This document shows positions 53,532-64,000 of a DNA stretch of 64,000 bases, one piece after another. This stretch comes from an uncultured Acidobacteriaceae bacterium (GTDB lineage: Bacteria > Acidobacteriota > Terriglobia > Terriglobales > Acidobacteriaceae). The DNA lies in the NCBI GenBank assembly GCA_963831665.1, contig CAWHRG010000009.1:25534-89533 (forward strand), given 5' to 3'. Numbering within the stretch: the stretch's first letter is position 1; every line of letters starts with the position of its first letter. Under the pieces are notes generated by a model. The model searched no databases. It was not told the DNA's origin and saw nothing but the letters and a program-made list of their open reading frames with translations. A program made the position numbers and the translations under genes.

Positions 53532-54260
53532 ATGAACAAACCTCTTACCGGCAAGGCTGCGCTTGTTACGGGGGCGGCCAAACGCATCGGCCGCTCCATT
53601 GCTTTGGCGTTGGCCGAAGCCGGTGCAAATGTGGCCATTACCTACCTCGTCTCACAGCCGGATGCCGAGGCTACGGTTCTCTCTCTTGCTGAGTTTGATG
53701 TTGAGGCGCTCGCCATACGCTCCGATCTTCGGGACCCAGAGAGCATCGTCCAGACAGTAGCTTCCGTTATCGAGGAATTCGGTCAGCTCGATCTGCTGGT
53801 CAACAACGCTGGTATCTTCGAGTCCGCTTCGCTTGAAGATATTTCGGTGGAACAGTGGGATGCGATGTTCGCGACTAACACCCGCGCCCCTTTCCTCATG
53901 GCCAAAGCTGCCTACCCCCACCTCCGCGCATCGATGGGGCGCATTATCAACATCGGGTCACTTGGCGGTTCCCATCCCTGGGCCACTCATGGACACTACT
54001 GCACCTCCAAGGCCGCGCTGCACATGCTCTCCCTGACGATGGCAAAGGCCTGGGCGCCTCACGTCAGTGTCAATTGCATAGCGCCCGGCATGATCGTGCA
54101 GGGTGAGGTCGGCGAAGCCTACGAGCACTTCGCCCACAAGACACCGATGCAGCGCAATGGTTCCGCCGATGACGTTGCCGCTGCAGCCCTCTTCTTCGCT
54201 ACAGCACCCACCTTCATTACCGGTCAACTCCTTACTGTCGATGGCGGTTTGGGGCTCTAG
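53532..54260 (+). CDS. SDR oxidoreductase (pteridine reductase / FolM-like)
   Basis: TGAAKRIG, LVNNAG, YCTSK, VNCIAPG. Confidence 0.85.
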   Translation: MNKPLTGKAALVTGAAKRIGRSIALALAEAGANVAITYLVSQPDAEATVLSLAEFDVEALAIRSDLRDPESIVQTVASVIEEFGQLDLLVNNAGIFESASLEDISVEQWDAMFATNTRAPFLMAKAAYPHLRASMGRIINIGSLGGSHPWATHGHYCTSKAALHMLSLTMAKAWAPHVSVNCIAPGMIVQGEVGEAYEHFAHKTPMQRNGSADDVAAAALFFATAPTFITGQLLTVDGGLGL

Positions 54261-54264
54261 CTGG

Positions 54265-55059
54265 TTAATACTTGCTCAGCAGTCTCTGCCACCAACTCTT
54301 TTTATCGAAATCATCATAGAGTCGCTTAGGCTCAACGCGTTGTGGGAGGGGACTTCCGGTAAAAGCTGCTAGCGGATTCGTGATGCATAGCAGATGCGCA
54401 TAGTCGGGCCCGTATTTCTGTGCCACCGCATCCATAGCCTCGCGCATTTTAGGCGGACGCGATGTTGTATTGTGCGCATCTGTCGCCAGAAAATGGACCC
54501 ACCGGTTTTCCAGAAGCTGATGTGCCATTCGCTCTGCCCGCTTGCCCATGTGACCCAGAACGGAACCGGCAGTTACCTGAATGAGTACCCCGCCGCGTAG
54601 CCATTCCACAAGGCGCTGTTGGTCAGCCTGCAGCGTCGGATTCCGCTCAGGATGCGTGAGAATGGGAGTCATTCCAGCCAATTGCAACTGATAAAAAATC
54701 TCGGTTAATCCACGCGGCACACCGTAATCAGGAATCTCTACCAGCAGATAGCCAAGCCCGTTGATACTGAACTTCGTGGGCTCGGACTTGGCATCCTGAA
54801 TGTTCTCGTAAGAGAGGTGAAAGTCGCATCCCCGTCCCAACTTCAGCCCAATGCCTTCCGCTTCCAGTAGCCACTGTAAGTCGTCGATCTTGCCTGCGAC
54901 GACATCAGGCGCGTACTCATATTGGCTATTTGCATGGGGAGAGCAAACAACATGGGTAATCCCATCCGCTGCAGCCATCCGCGCCATGGCGAGCGATGTC
55001 TCGATGCTGGATGCACCATCGTCCAGTCCCCAAAGAAGATGATGGTGAATGTCAATCAT
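54265..55059 (-). CDS. CpsB/CapC-type PHP tyrosine phosphatase
   Basis: IDIHHHLLWGLDDG, CSPH, THPERN, ATDAH. Confidence 0.9.
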   Translation of the reverse strand: MIDIHHHLLWGLDDGASSIETSLAMARMAAADGITHVVCSPHANSQYEYAPDVVAGKIDDLQWLLEAEGIGLKLGRGCDFHLSYENIQDAKSEPTKFSINGLGYLLVEIPDYGVPRGLTEIFYQLQLAGMTPILTHPERNPTLQADQQRLVEWLRGGVLIQVTAGSVLGHMGKRAERMAHQLLENRWVHFLATDAHNTTSRPPKMREAMDAVAQKYGPDYAHLLCITNPLAAFTGSPLPQRVEPKRLYDDFDKKSWWQRLLSKY

Positions 55060-55096
55060 CGTTAAGTCAGGGTATCACTCAAAAAAGTTGTTCAGT

Positions 55097-55798
55097 CTAT
55101 CGAGCAGCAGCGGCCAGAGACTCGGCCATGCCATTGAAGAGCAGTAGCCCATCTGCGGATCCGAGCAGGTTCTCGCTCGAACGGTCAGGATGCGGCATCA
55201 TACCCAGGACATTGCGTCCTTCATTCAACACGCCGGCGATGTTCTCAAGCGATCCATTTGGATTCGCACTAGCAGTCACCGTGCCATCAGCAGTCACATA
55301 GCGGAACGCAATGCGGTCCTCCCGCTTTAGCGCCGCCAAAGTGTCCGCGTCGCAAAAGTAGTTACCTTCCATATGACCGATCGGCATTTGCAGCACTTGG
55401 CCCTTCGAAAGTCCATGCGTGAAGGGAGAATCGACCGTCTCGGTACGCAGGTGGGTCTGTTTGCAGATGTAGTGCTGGCCTGCATTGCGCATCAGGGCAC
55501 CAGGCAGCAAATCTGCCTCACAGAGAATCTGGAAGCCATTGCAGATTCCCATGACGAGCCCGCCGTTCTTCGCGAACTTCGCCACCGACTGCATCACCGG
55601 GGCAAATTTAGCAATCGCGCCCGTCCGCAGGTAATCACCATAGGCGAATCCGCCGGGAACGAGAATCGCGTCACAGCCCTCGAGATCTTCGGAGGCGTGC
55701 CAAAGGAACGTTACCGGCTGCTTCGCCAGCGCTTCAACCACATGGTAGGTATCATGGTCGCAATTGGACCCCGGAAAGACCAGAACGCCGAATTTCAT
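55097..55798 (-). CDS. purQ: Phosphoribosylformylglycinamidine synthase subunit PurQ
   Basis: [35 protein letters not shown]. Confidence 0.95.
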   Translation of the reverse strand: MKFGVLVFPGSNCDHDTYHVVEALAKQPVTFLWHASEDLEGCDAILVPGGFAYGDYLRTGAIAKFAPVMQSVAKFAKNGGLVMGICNGFQILCEADLLPGALMRNAGQHYICKQTHLRTETVDSPFTHGLSKGQVLQMPIGHMEGNYFCDADTLAALKREDRIAFRYVTADGTVTASANPNGSLENIAGVLNEGRNVLGMMPHPDRSSENLLGSADGLLLFNGMAESLAAAAR

Positions 55799-55847
55799 GC
55801 CTTAAGGATAGCATCGAGGTCAACTCATAACGCTCATAGCCGATCGC

Positions 55848-57185
55848 CTAAACAGGAACGTAAATCGCAAACCCACGCGGGGGAGCAGGGAACTCAGAGT
55901 TTCCCTCGGCATCGGTCGTGCGTTCATCAGGATGCGCCGTGTCATGTCCATCCCAGGCAATCGGCGCGAACTTTTGATTCGGCCAGCTGGTCTTCACCGA
56001 CGTACCCGACCACTTGTCCCCCAGGTTATTCAGCACATATACAAGTCCGGGTTGTTCTGTCTTGTCGTCCTTCCATCCGATCCGCTGCATGATGTACAGG
56101 TCAGGGTCTGCATGGAGGATTTGCGAGTCTCCGCCTGCATAGTTATCGTGAGCATGAATTAGGGCATCGATCCCATTTGGCGTCTCAGGTCGCGCCAGTT
56201 CGTTGTTGAAGTAGTCATACCAGAAGATGCAGGGGTACCCCTCATGCACCATGATGAACGAATACGCCATCATCTTGTCGTTGACGATCGTATTCTCGCC
56301 CATGTCGTGATTGTCCACGAACGTCACAGCGTGCAGTGGGCGCTTCATTACCACGGAGCCGCCATCAGTCAGGTTGCGAAGGTCGTACTTCGGCGTGTCG
56401 CACACGTCCTTCAACTTGTAGCGCAGAGGGAAGTCGAATGCCGCAATCTGCGTATCCGTCAATCGATTTACTTTTTCCAGCCACGCATCGATATCCTCCG
56501 TCCCTGACCATAACTCTCCAACAACATACGGAGTGAACTCTTTGCCATCTTTCACATAACGATACTTGGCAAGAATACCGATCATCCACGCGCCATAGCC
56601 TTTCACGAAATCGAAGCGAAAACCATCAAAACCAAGCTCTTCGATCATCATTCGCGCATAATCGAACATCGCCGTGTAAACCAGGGGATTTCGATGGCAA
56701 AGGTGCGGAAATCCCGCGTAGTTCTCTCCCTCAACCATGAACTGTTCATAGCGGCTGGGATGAAAGCAGTTCCAGTCGCGAGGAAAGCGGCCGCTCTTCG
56801 GGCTAAACTTCGTCCATCGCTTTTGCCCATCCAGAGGATTTACCTCTTCCTCATCCGCGCCGGAGTTGTGATTGATCACCATATCGGCGTAGAGGCCAAT
56901 ATTGTTTGCGTGGGCCTTAGCGATCAGGGCCTCGAGCTCGGCGCGATTCCCATAGAGCGTCTTGGTCCCGCCCTTCTGGTCGTGGTCTCCAAGATCGAAG
57001 TAGTCGTAGGGGTCATACCCGTTCGAACGATGGTCCGAAGCCTTCGAGATCGGTGGCAGCCACAGAGCATTTACTCCTGACTTGCCCAGGGCTTCTACTT
57101 TTTCCGCGATATGGTTCCACCACTCGCCCTCTTTTTTCTCGTGTATCGGGGCGTCCCAGTAAAAAGCCTGCATCAGCACGGCCAT
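55848..57185 (-). CDS. GH13 alpha-amylase
   Basis: GYDPYDYFDLG, DMVINH, FDGFRFDFVKG, GELW, FVDNHD. Confidence 0.9.
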   Translation of the reverse strand: MAVLMQAFYWDAPIHEKKEGEWWNHIAEKVEALGKSGVNALWLPPISKASDHRSNGYDPYDYFDLGDHDQKGGTKTLYGNRAELEALIAKAHANNIGLYADMVINHNSGADEEEVNPLDGQKRWTKFSPKSGRFPRDWNCFHPSRYEQFMVEGENYAGFPHLCHRNPLVYTAMFDYARMMIEELGFDGFRFDFVKGYGAWMIGILAKYRYVKDGKEFTPYVVGELWSGTEDIDAWLEKVNRLTDTQIAAFDFPLRYKLKDVCDTPKYDLRNLTDGGSVVMKRPLHAVTFVDNHDMGENTIVNDKMMAYSFIMVHEGYPCIFWYDYFNNELARPETPNGIDALIHAHDNYAGGDSQILHADPDLYIMQRIGWKDDKTEQPGLVYVLNNLGDKWSGTSVKTSWPNQKFAPIAWDGHDTAHPDERTTDAEGNSEFPAPPRGFAIYVPV

Positions 57186-57316
57186 CTTGTTCGGTCTCCA
57201 TTTCCGTTACCTGCGCATCGCGGCATCAGCATCCAACGAATTTTGTTAGCTTGTATAAAGTTCAGCCTTCAGCACGTCAGATGCACTACAACCAGTGACG
57301 GTGGTACAAACTTCGA

Positions 57317-57808
57317 ATGAACGCGAGGAACAATAGATTAAGCGGTCCCGAGTCACCCTTTCGGACAGCCGGTGGCGCGCTCGTCAATTGGTGGCGAGCT
57401 GCGACGCTCGATGCACTCATCGTGGGCGTGCTGTGGCTCATCGGCCTGGAACTGATCCGCGTTCCGTTTGCACCGCTCTGGGCAGTGTTAGGCGGCCTGC
57501 TCCAGATCATCCCCACCTTTGGAGGCATGGTCGCCCTCATCGGTCCGGTCCTCGCTGTGGCTTTTAGCGGACACGATGAGTGGCGACTCGGTCTGGTTCT
57601 TGGTCTCTACGGCCTTATCGTGATTCTCGAAGGTCTTGTTATTGGCCCCTACGTTCTGCACCGCACGACGAAGGTGCCATGGTGGGCGGCCTTCTTGGGT
57701 CCCATAGCCTTGGGAATCATCATTCCATTCTGGGGAGTTCTGCTCGCACCGCCGCTACTCGCGATCATCTTTGCTTTTAGGAAGCCTTCGACGCCTGATT
57801 CTCGGTAG
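57317..57808 (+). CDS. Short AI-2E-family membrane protein
   Basis: Hydrophobic; LLQIIP...GG, LEGLVIGPYV, PFWGVLLAPPL. Confidence 0.75.
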   Translation: MNARNNRLSGPESPFRTAGGALVNWWRAATLDALIVGVLWLIGLELIRVPFAPLWAVLGGLLQIIPTFGGMVALIGPVLAVAFSGHDEWRLGLVLGLYGLIVILEGLVIGPYVLHRTTKVPWWAAFLGPIALGIIIPFWGVLLAPPLLAIIFAFRKPSTPDSR

Positions 57809-57813
57809 ATCCA

Positions 57814-59604
57814 TCAGCCTTCGAGTTTATAGCGTGTTTCGGCAAGCCTATACAGCGGTCGCCACACCAGCCGATTGATCGTCACTACCATCATCGCCAT
57901 CACGATAGTTGCGAGCAGCAGAATCTGGAACTGTCCGCTATCAGTCGCCGCACTGATCTGCGCGCCCAAGCCTACCGTCTGCAGCGTCTGGTTCTTCAGC
58001 CGAAAGTACTCCGCGATAATGCTCGCATTCCATGCCCCACCGGACGCAGTTACGAGTCCGGTAATCAGGAACGGGAAGATACCCGGCAGAATGATGGTCC
58101 GCCACCGTTGCGCCGTAGTGAAGCGGAAGAGTGTTCCCACCTCGCGCAGGTCGGACGGGATTGCCATCGCGCCGGCGATTACGTTGAACAGGATGTACCA
58201 CTGAGTTCCTAGTAGCATCAACGCAATCGACCCGATACCCATTCCGCCGCCCATCTGCACAAGCGCCAGAAGAATAACAGGGAAGAGCGCGGTGGCTGGA
58301 ACGGACGCTGCTATCTGAGCGATCGGTTGCGCGATCCTCGCCAGCCGCGGATGAAAACCGATCGCAACGCCCGCGGGAATCGTCCAGGCGGAGGCCAGCA
58401 ACAGAGACACGTTGACACGAAGAAATGTCGCCAGCGCCCCCTTCATAATCTGCGCAAACTCTGCACCGCTAACCTGCCGCAACAGCGCCAGGGCGTGTGT
58501 GGCGGCATAGATTGTCACGCCGGCAATTAGCACAAGCACCAGACCACGCAATAACGCTGCTGATCTGTTGCCCAGTACACTTGCGCTTCCAGTTTCTGCG
58601 GTACTGTAGGCAAGTCGTTTTTTTCTCCTTTCTGCCAACCGCAGGTACACTCCTTCGCTTAAGGGAGCAAGGGTGTTTCTCTGTAGGCTGCGAAGTGCGC
58701 GCGAGTGCTGCAACAGGTGTAGCAAAGGCGAGCGCACACGGGCGGAGCTCTCTACCTGCTCAAATTTGAACTTATCGCTCCACGCGATGACCGGTCTCCA
58801 GATCAGTTGATCGGTCGCGACGATAATGGCGATCATCGTCAGAAGTCCCCATGTAATTGCCTTGTAATTCCCCGTGCTAGCTGCGGTCTGTAGATAAGAG
58901 CCGAGCCCCGGAAGCCTGAAGTCGCGTGTTCCCAAAACAAACATCTCGCACGCCATCAGGAAGAACCAGCCGCCTGCAACCGACACCATCGAGTTCCAGA
59001 CCAGCCCAATCGCTGAATAGGGAAGCTCAAGCTGCACCAGGCGTTGCCAACGCGAAAACTTATAGATTCCCGCAGCCTCGCTCAACTCTCGAGGGATGCT
59101 TTTGATCGAAGAATAAAAGCTAAACGCCATATTCCAGACCTGGCCCGTAAAGATGAGCACGATCGCACCCATCTCCACGCCAATCTGTCGTGTCGGAAAC
59201 AGCGCAACCATCGCCAGCATTACGCCAGGCAAAAAGCTCAATACCGGAATCGATTGCAGGATATCCAGCCCCGCAATCATCAATGCTTCTATCCGCTTGC
59301 TGTAGGCAGCGACGTATCCGTAGCCGATAGCAAAAAAAAGGCTCAGCAGATAAGCCAAACCAATTCGCACTACAGAATAAAAGGCATAAAGCGGCAGCGC
59401 TCGTGGGCTGAGTGAGATTACGATCTCCGGCACAGGATGTCCGAACCAGTAGCCCGCAATCCGAACGACTCCATAAAAACAAGCTAATCCGATCCCGGCG
59501 ACGCAGAGGTCCAGAACAACAGGCCAGCTACGCTTCAGTACCTGCGACCGCGCCAGCGTTTCCTGCCCACGGATATTGCTAAAGCTGTCGGGCAGGTTCA
59601 TCAT
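57814..59604 (-). CDS. NitT/TauT-type ABC permease (duplicated BPD_transp_1)
   Basis: DILQSIPVL, WNMAFSFY, ASVPATALFP, GGAWNASIIAEY. Confidence 0.88.
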   Translation of the reverse strand: MMNLPDSFSNIRGQETLARSQVLKRSWPVVLDLCVAGIGLACFYGVVRIAGYWFGHPVPEIVISLSPRALPLYAFYSVVRIGLAYLLSLFFAIGYGYVAAYSKRIEALMIAGLDILQSIPVLSFLPGVMLAMVALFPTRQIGVEMGAIVLIFTGQVWNMAFSFYSSIKSIPRELSEAAGIYKFSRWQRLVQLELPYSAIGLVWNSMVSVAGGWFFLMACEMFVLGTRDFRLPGLGSYLQTAASTGNYKAITWGLLTMIAIIVATDQLIWRPVIAWSDKFKFEQVESSARVRSPLLHLLQHSRALRSLQRNTLAPLSEGVYLRLAERRKKRLAYSTAETGSASVLGNRSAALLRGLVLVLIAGVTIYAATHALALLRQVSGAEFAQIMKGALATFLRVNVSLLLASAWTIPAGVAIGFHPRLARIAQPIAQIAASVPATALFPVILLALVQMGGGMGIGSIALMLLGTQWYILFNVIAGAMAIPSDLREVGTLFRFTTAQRWRTIILPGIFPFLITGLVTASGGAWNASIIAEYFRLKNQTLQTVGLGAQISAATDSGQFQILLLATIVMAMMVVTINRLVWRPLYRLAETRYKLEG

Positions 59605-60962
59605 GCTTCAATCCCCGACGAGGGCGTGGATTCCGCATCCTGATGCAATTTCTCTGGCTGAATGAATCTTCTGCGCGACGCATCGAAGTCAAACAGCTCT
59701 GCGTACCGCCCCCAGTTGATGGCCGTCTCCAGTTGTCGCAGCGTTTCGTCTTCACTGAACTGCTCGTCCAGCATGTCGTGAAAGAACTCCTCAGGAACGG
59801 TCCTGTCGCTTTTGGCCTCAATCGCCCGAACGATCTGGCGCAGTAGCAGCACATTCTCCACTGCGGCCATACGGAACAACTCTTTCTGCCGCAAAATCTC
59901 GGAGTTCGCATACTCCGCCCCGGTCGGAGTAATCGCCGCATCTCCCTCATTCACCGTAAGGAACCCAAGCAGTTGAGCGGCGTCCACGATAGGCAGCAGG
60001 TCGTCGATGTCGAAGGCGAGGTCGTCTGCAAGCCGATAAATATCATCCTTGCCATTGTGGTCCAGGACCAGTTCCAGCAGACCAGCAATCCCTCCAGGCC
60101 GAGCATGGGGCAGCATCTGATAATGCATCTGCCGCTGGTCGCGAACCGGCTTGCCAGTCGGAGTCTGCGGCAGCGCAGGCGGCTGCGAATCGGGCTGCGT
60201 CAGCACCTTGTAGATGTAGTCCACTAACTGCGTAAACGCAGTCGCCTTTCGGTCTCGAGGATGCGCCAGCGCAACCTTGAAATCCGTTCGCACATGTCCT
60301 GGATTTCTGCCCAGTACTATAATCCGGTCCGCCAGTAGCACGGCTTCTTCAATGTTGTGCGTGACGATAAAGATCGCCTGCGTAGGGATCGTCTTCTTCT
60401 GCCAGAGTTCCAATAGCTCGCTGCGCAGATTCTCCGCTGTAAGAACATCGAGTGCAGAAAAAGGCTCATCCATGAAAAGTACCTCTGGTTCGACCACCAA
60501 GGCTCGCGCAAAGCCAACGCGTTGCCGCATCCCACCGGACAACTCCTTCGGGTACGCAGCCTGGAAGCCGTCCAGACCCACGGTGTCCAATATTTTCAAG
60601 GCGCGTTTCCGCCTTTCAGCCGGCTCCATGCCCCTTGCCTTCAAGGGCGCCTCGACGTTTTCGAAGACTGTCAGCCATGGAAACAGCGCAAAACTTTGAA
60701 ACACGATGGACACGTTCACATCGGCCGTTGCAATGGGCCTCTCATGCCAATACACTTCTCCAGCCGAAGGTGTCGAAAGGCCGGTCAGCATTCGCAGTAA
60801 AGTTGATTTCCCCGAACCCGAAGGTCCCAGCAGCGCGACAATCTCGCCTGCCCCAATAGAGAGGTCCGTTGGCGAGATCACCTGAATGCGATTCTCGCTT
60901 GGCTGAGCGTAATACTTTTCTACGCGTTCCGCGCGTATAATTGTCCATTGCATAGGATTCAT
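59601..60962 (-). CDS. NitT/TauT-type ABC ATP-binding protein with C-terminal AAA-associated domain
   Basis: GPSGSGKST, LSGGMRQR, FMDEPF, VTH, INWGRYAELF; start at 60962 or 60953. Confidence 0.88.
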   Translation of the reverse strand: MNPMQWTIIRAERVEKYYAQPSENRIQVISPTDLSIGAGEIVALLGPSGSGKSTLLRMLTGLSTPSAGEVYWHERPIATADVNVSIVFQSFALFPWLTVFENVEAPLKARGMEPAERRKRALKILDTVGLDGFQAAYPKELSGGMRQRVGFARALVVEPEVLFMDEPFSALDVLTAENLRSELLELWQKKTIPTQAIFIVTHNIEEAVLLADRIIVLGRNPGHVRTDFKVALAHPRDRKATAFTQLVDYIYKVLTQPDSQPPALPQTPTGKPVRDQRQMHYQMLPHARPGGIAGLLELVLDHNGKDDIYRLADDLAFDIDDLLPIVDAAQLLGFLTVNEGDAAITPTGAEYANSEILRQKELFRMAAVENVLLLRQIVRAIEAKSDRTVPEEFFHDMLDEQFSEDETLRQLETAINWGRYAELFDFDASRRRFIQPEKLHQDAESTPSSGIEA

Positions 60963-61127
60963 TTTTAATGAAATTTGAATGTATCTGCTGAGCTTGTTAT
61001 AGCTTACCGGCATCTATCACGCTGCGGTCAGCGTATCATTAGTAAGCAGGCAAAGGGTAAAGCCATGCTTGTGTAAGTCGTAATTAAACGCATTTTTTTG
61101 AATCTTTTGATTTGGGGATACTTAAGC

Positions 61128-61511
61128 ATGGCAGAAACTACATCCACCATCGCATCAAAACCCAGAGTACTCGTTGCCGACGACGAGCAGGTGATTGCCA
61201 ACACGCTCGCGATCATCCTGAATCAGGCAGGCTTTGAAGCGCGAGCGGTGTTTAGCGGAGAGAAGGCCGTCGAAGCTCTCGATACCTTCCAGCCCGACAT
61301 GCTGATCAGCGACGTCATCATGACAGGCATGACAGGTATCGAAGCCGCAATCATTACGCGGCAGAGGCTTCCTAAATGCAAGATTCTCCTGTTCTCCGGA
61401 CAGGCCGCCACAGCGGATCTCCTCGAAAAGGCACGTGCACAGGGGCACGAATTTGAGATTCTCGCCAAGCCCGTCCATCCCACCGATCTTCTGGCGAAAC
61501 TGCGCAGCTAG
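61128..61511 (+). CDS. Receiver-only response regulator
   Basis: VLVADDEQVIANTL, ISDVIMTGMTG, LAKPVHP. Confidence 0.88.
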   Translation: MAETTSTIASKPRVLVADDEQVIANTLAIILNQAGFEARAVFSGEKAVEALDTFQPDMLISDVIMTGMTGIEAAIITRQRLPKCKILLFSGQAATADLLEKARAQGHEFEILAKPVHPTDLLAKLRS

Positions 61512-61564
61512 ATAGAAGCACGCTTTATGTAAAGCCGCAGAACAGAGGAGCAGTCCTGACTCCT

Positions 61565-62176
61565 TTATTCTGCGGCTTGCATCGCCGATGAAATACGTTG
61601 CCTCTCTTTTACCTTCACGGCTGGAACACCTGCATACACCGTCCACGACTCAAGATTACGTGTTGCAACCGAACCCAGCCCCAGCACTGCTCCCTCTCCA
61701 ACGTGCACTCCGGGCGCCACAGAAGCTCGCGCGCATATCCAAGCGTAGGACCCGAAACTCATCGCAAAAGCGATGAGTGGAAAGCCCGGGTCATCGTAGT
61801 CATGGGTCGCGCCGCACACATAGGCCTCCTGCGACAGGATCGTATGGGAACCAAATGTAACGGGAGCAGGGTTATAAATCACAGCTCCATCTCCGGCCGT
61901 TACCTGGTCAGCGCACATCAGGTTCCACGGAGCCCAGACTTTCGAGCGAGGATAAAAGTGACAGTTCGGCCCGAGCTCCGCTCCAAAAGCACGAAGCAGG
62001 AAGGCTCGCCAAGAATGTAACGGTCTGGGTGAAGTTCTGTAGAAGAGCGCCCAGCAGATGTTCCATATCTGTCGCCGCAACCGGTCGCCGAGCGAAAAGG
62101 CAGGACGCAAATATGGGTCCGCAGCCGTTTCTTCCGCAATGTGGTTTGCCGCGTTGTAATAAGCCTGCTTTGTCAT
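61565..62176 (-). CDS. WcaF-like hexapeptide acetyltransferase
   Basis: YRTSPRPLHSWRAFLLRAFGA, CGATHDY, WTVYAGVPA. Confidence 0.85.
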   Translation of the reverse strand: MTKQAYYNAANHIAEETAADPYLRPAFSLGDRLRRQIWNICWALFYRTSPRPLHSWRAFLLRAFGAELGPNCHFYPRSKVWAPWNLMCADQVTAGDGAVIYNPAPVTFGSHTILSQEAYVCGATHDYDDPGFPLIAFAMSFGSYAWICARASVAPGVHVGEGAVLGLGSVATRNLESWTVYAGVPAVKVKERQRISSAMQAAE

Positions 62177-63360
62177 CGCTCGCTATTTACCGCCCTCATT
62201 GGTCCAGGAGTTTGCACCGTCGCCGTTTCAAACAGGCGGATGATTGCCTTTGCGTTCTCCCGCATGTCGTATCGCGTGTGGAAACACCGGAAGGCGCGCT
62301 CTCCCATCTCCTTTTTCTCTTGCTCCGACATGGCGATCCACCGCTTCAGCAATTGCAACGTTCCCTCTGGGGTATCCAGTTCCATCAGGCCCGCTCGATC
62401 CTCCGCAATCTCCTCCGCGATATTCACCTTGTCGGCGAGCAGAACCGGTCTCCCGCAACCCAACGCTTCGGCGACCGCAATCCCGAAGTTTTCCTGGTGA
62501 GAAGGCAGAATGAACGCTTCCGATCCATAGAAAGCACCCCACTTGGCATCTCCGATCACCATACCTGGCCAATGGACGCGGTCTCCTATGCCTGCCTTAT
62601 TCACCGTCTCTTGCAATTCCGCACTCCACAACTGCTGATCCGGGCCGGCCATAACCAGATCAAGCCCAGGATCATCCGCGGCGACCTTTGTAAAGGCATC
62701 GATTAGCAGATCACAACCTTTCTTCCGATGGATGCGCCCTAGAAAGAGGAGATACCGCTTGTCCTTCACTGTCGGACATCTCTCAAAGAATGCTTGTTTC
62801 TGTAATTCGGGATCTCCATTTGGGCCACTGGCACCGTAGGGAACAACGTAAGGGGTCCAGCGATGTAGCCAAAAGCTCTCCTCGGCCAACCGCTTTTCCG
62901 CCTGCGATGTAAACAGAACACGGTAAGCATCCCGCAGCACCCGATATTCTGCCGGTACCCAGTAAAGCCACTTTTTGATGTGCTTTAACGGAAATGCATG
63001 TTTGAAGTATGGATCCAGCATGCCATGCGTAAACACAACATAGGGAGTATTTCCCGCAAGCGTTCGCCACGCAGCATATCCGCAATACTGCCACAGGCCG
63101 TTGACTACAACACCGTCAAAGCGGCCACGGTTTGCTTTCAGCCAGGTCGTCAGCTTGCGATTGAACCCATAAGTTGTCCGTGTCGGGCCAAGCGCATGGA
63201 CGGGAAAGTCGATGTTCTGTAGATACGGCGACTTTGGATCATCCAACGTAACCACTTCGCCTGTATATCCAATCGGACCATAGCTCAATAGCACCCTCAC
63301 CGACTCGGTCGGGCCGCCCGCCGCAGGGTTTAGCGTTCCGATAATGTGCAAAATCCGCAT
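62173..63360 (-). CDS. GT4 glycosyltransferase
   Basis: GGP, HGMLDP, FLGRIHRKKG, PSHQENFGIAVAEALGCG. Confidence 0.9.
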   Translation of the reverse strand: MRILHIIGTLNPAAGGPTESVRVLLSYGPIGYTGEVVTLDDPKSPYLQNIDFPVHALGPTRTTYGFNRKLTTWLKANRGRFDGVVVNGLWQYCGYAAWRTLAGNTPYVVFTHGMLDPYFKHAFPLKHIKKWLYWVPAEYRVLRDAYRVLFTSQAEKRLAEESFWLHRWTPYVVPYGASGPNGDPELQKQAFFERCPTVKDKRYLLFLGRIHRKKGCDLLIDAFTKVAADDPGLDLVMAGPDQQLWSAELQETVNKAGIGDRVHWPGMVIGDAKWGAFYGSEAFILPSHQENFGIAVAEALGCGRPVLLADKVNIAEEIAEDRAGLMELDTPEGTLQLLKRWIAMSEQEKKEMGERAFRCFHTRYDMRENAKAIIRLFETATVQTPGPMRAVNSER

Positions 63361-63594
63361 CTCTTATTGATCACCGTTCTGGAGCATAGCAGTCTGGCTG
63401 ACAATACTGCGTCGCCTGACTCAGGTTACGTATGTATCTTTCGTGTGATTGCTGCGACCACATTTCGCAGGGTTTATTGGTTACTGAATCCGTAGAACCG
63501 AACTTCGCACAAACTGGTGGCCAGTTCTTCCCACGAAGCTAGCTCTAGCCGTCCCCGGCAATGAAAGGAGACGAAGCGTGCATCGTTAACTTCA

Positions 63595-64000
63595 CTATGG
63601 ACGAACGGCGAGGATAAGAATGGAGGCAATCCCCATCAGGGTAGAAATTCCTCCCGACTTGATTGCCGCTTTCATCTCGCTTGTCGGCAAAAAGACTATG
63701 TCATCGGCTTGTAACTGAGGGTCAGGTGCCGTCCCATTGAACACCTTTTTGATGTCAATATGGACCACCTGTCGGTCCATCCCGATTGTTCGGATGATCT
63801 GAAGATCGTCGTATTTGCTCTCAAATCCTGGCCCTCCGCCTATGGCCGCCAACTGCATCAGTGTCAAAGGCGAATTCTGTTTCAGTGGCACAGGCCCTTG
63901 ATTTCTGAACGCACCCAACAGGTAGACTACCCCGACCTTTGCAACAATCACAGTGTCACCCGCAAAGACGGGTACATCTGCATGTACGCTCTGGGCAGGA
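63595..64000 (-). CDS. Polysaccharide export protein (Wza-like, SLBB), C-terminal part only
   Basis: VYLLGAF...G, LMQLAAIGGG, LQADDIVFLP; 5' end outside window. Confidence 0.8.
   Translation of the reverse strand, partial: PAQSVHADVPVFAGDTVIVAKVGVVYLLGAFRNQGPVPLKQNSPLTLMQLAAIGGGPGFESKYDDLQIIRTIGMDRQVVHIDIKKVFNGTAPDPQLQADDIVFLPTSEMKAAIKSGGISTLMGIASILILAVRP

Overview
A 64-kb chromosomal segment from an Acidobacteriota (Terriglobia-like) genome. The taxon is inferred from two PadR/ADOP-permease pairs, gene style and typical intergenic repeats. Content is housekeeping and metabolic genes (phhA, siroheme synthesis, sulfite/nitrite reductase, eutBC, phoU, ribA, tdh, groES-groEL with CIRCE, purQ), carbohydrate-active enzymes (GH2, GH13, pectate-lyase-like, GT87, GT4), signalling proteins, the end of an EPS cluster, one IS5-family element and several REP-like repeats. 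Ten genes, including groEL, are broken by about 14 single-base indels (13 read as +1), which points to assembly error rather than pseudogenes. The most notable observations are: (1) an unannotated, probably leaderless, Cys-rich 27-aa uORF plus intrinsic terminator upstream of the sulfite reductase, a candidate cysteine-sensing attenuator; (2) a ~1430-aa fusion of Na+/solute symporter, serine hydrolase and NamZ-like domain, with a REP-like repeat translated in its linker; (3) tandem small CxxC...HxC proteins; (4) an IS5 element inserted at the centre of a palindrome; (5) a strand-composition (GC skew) switch at about 26-30 kb.
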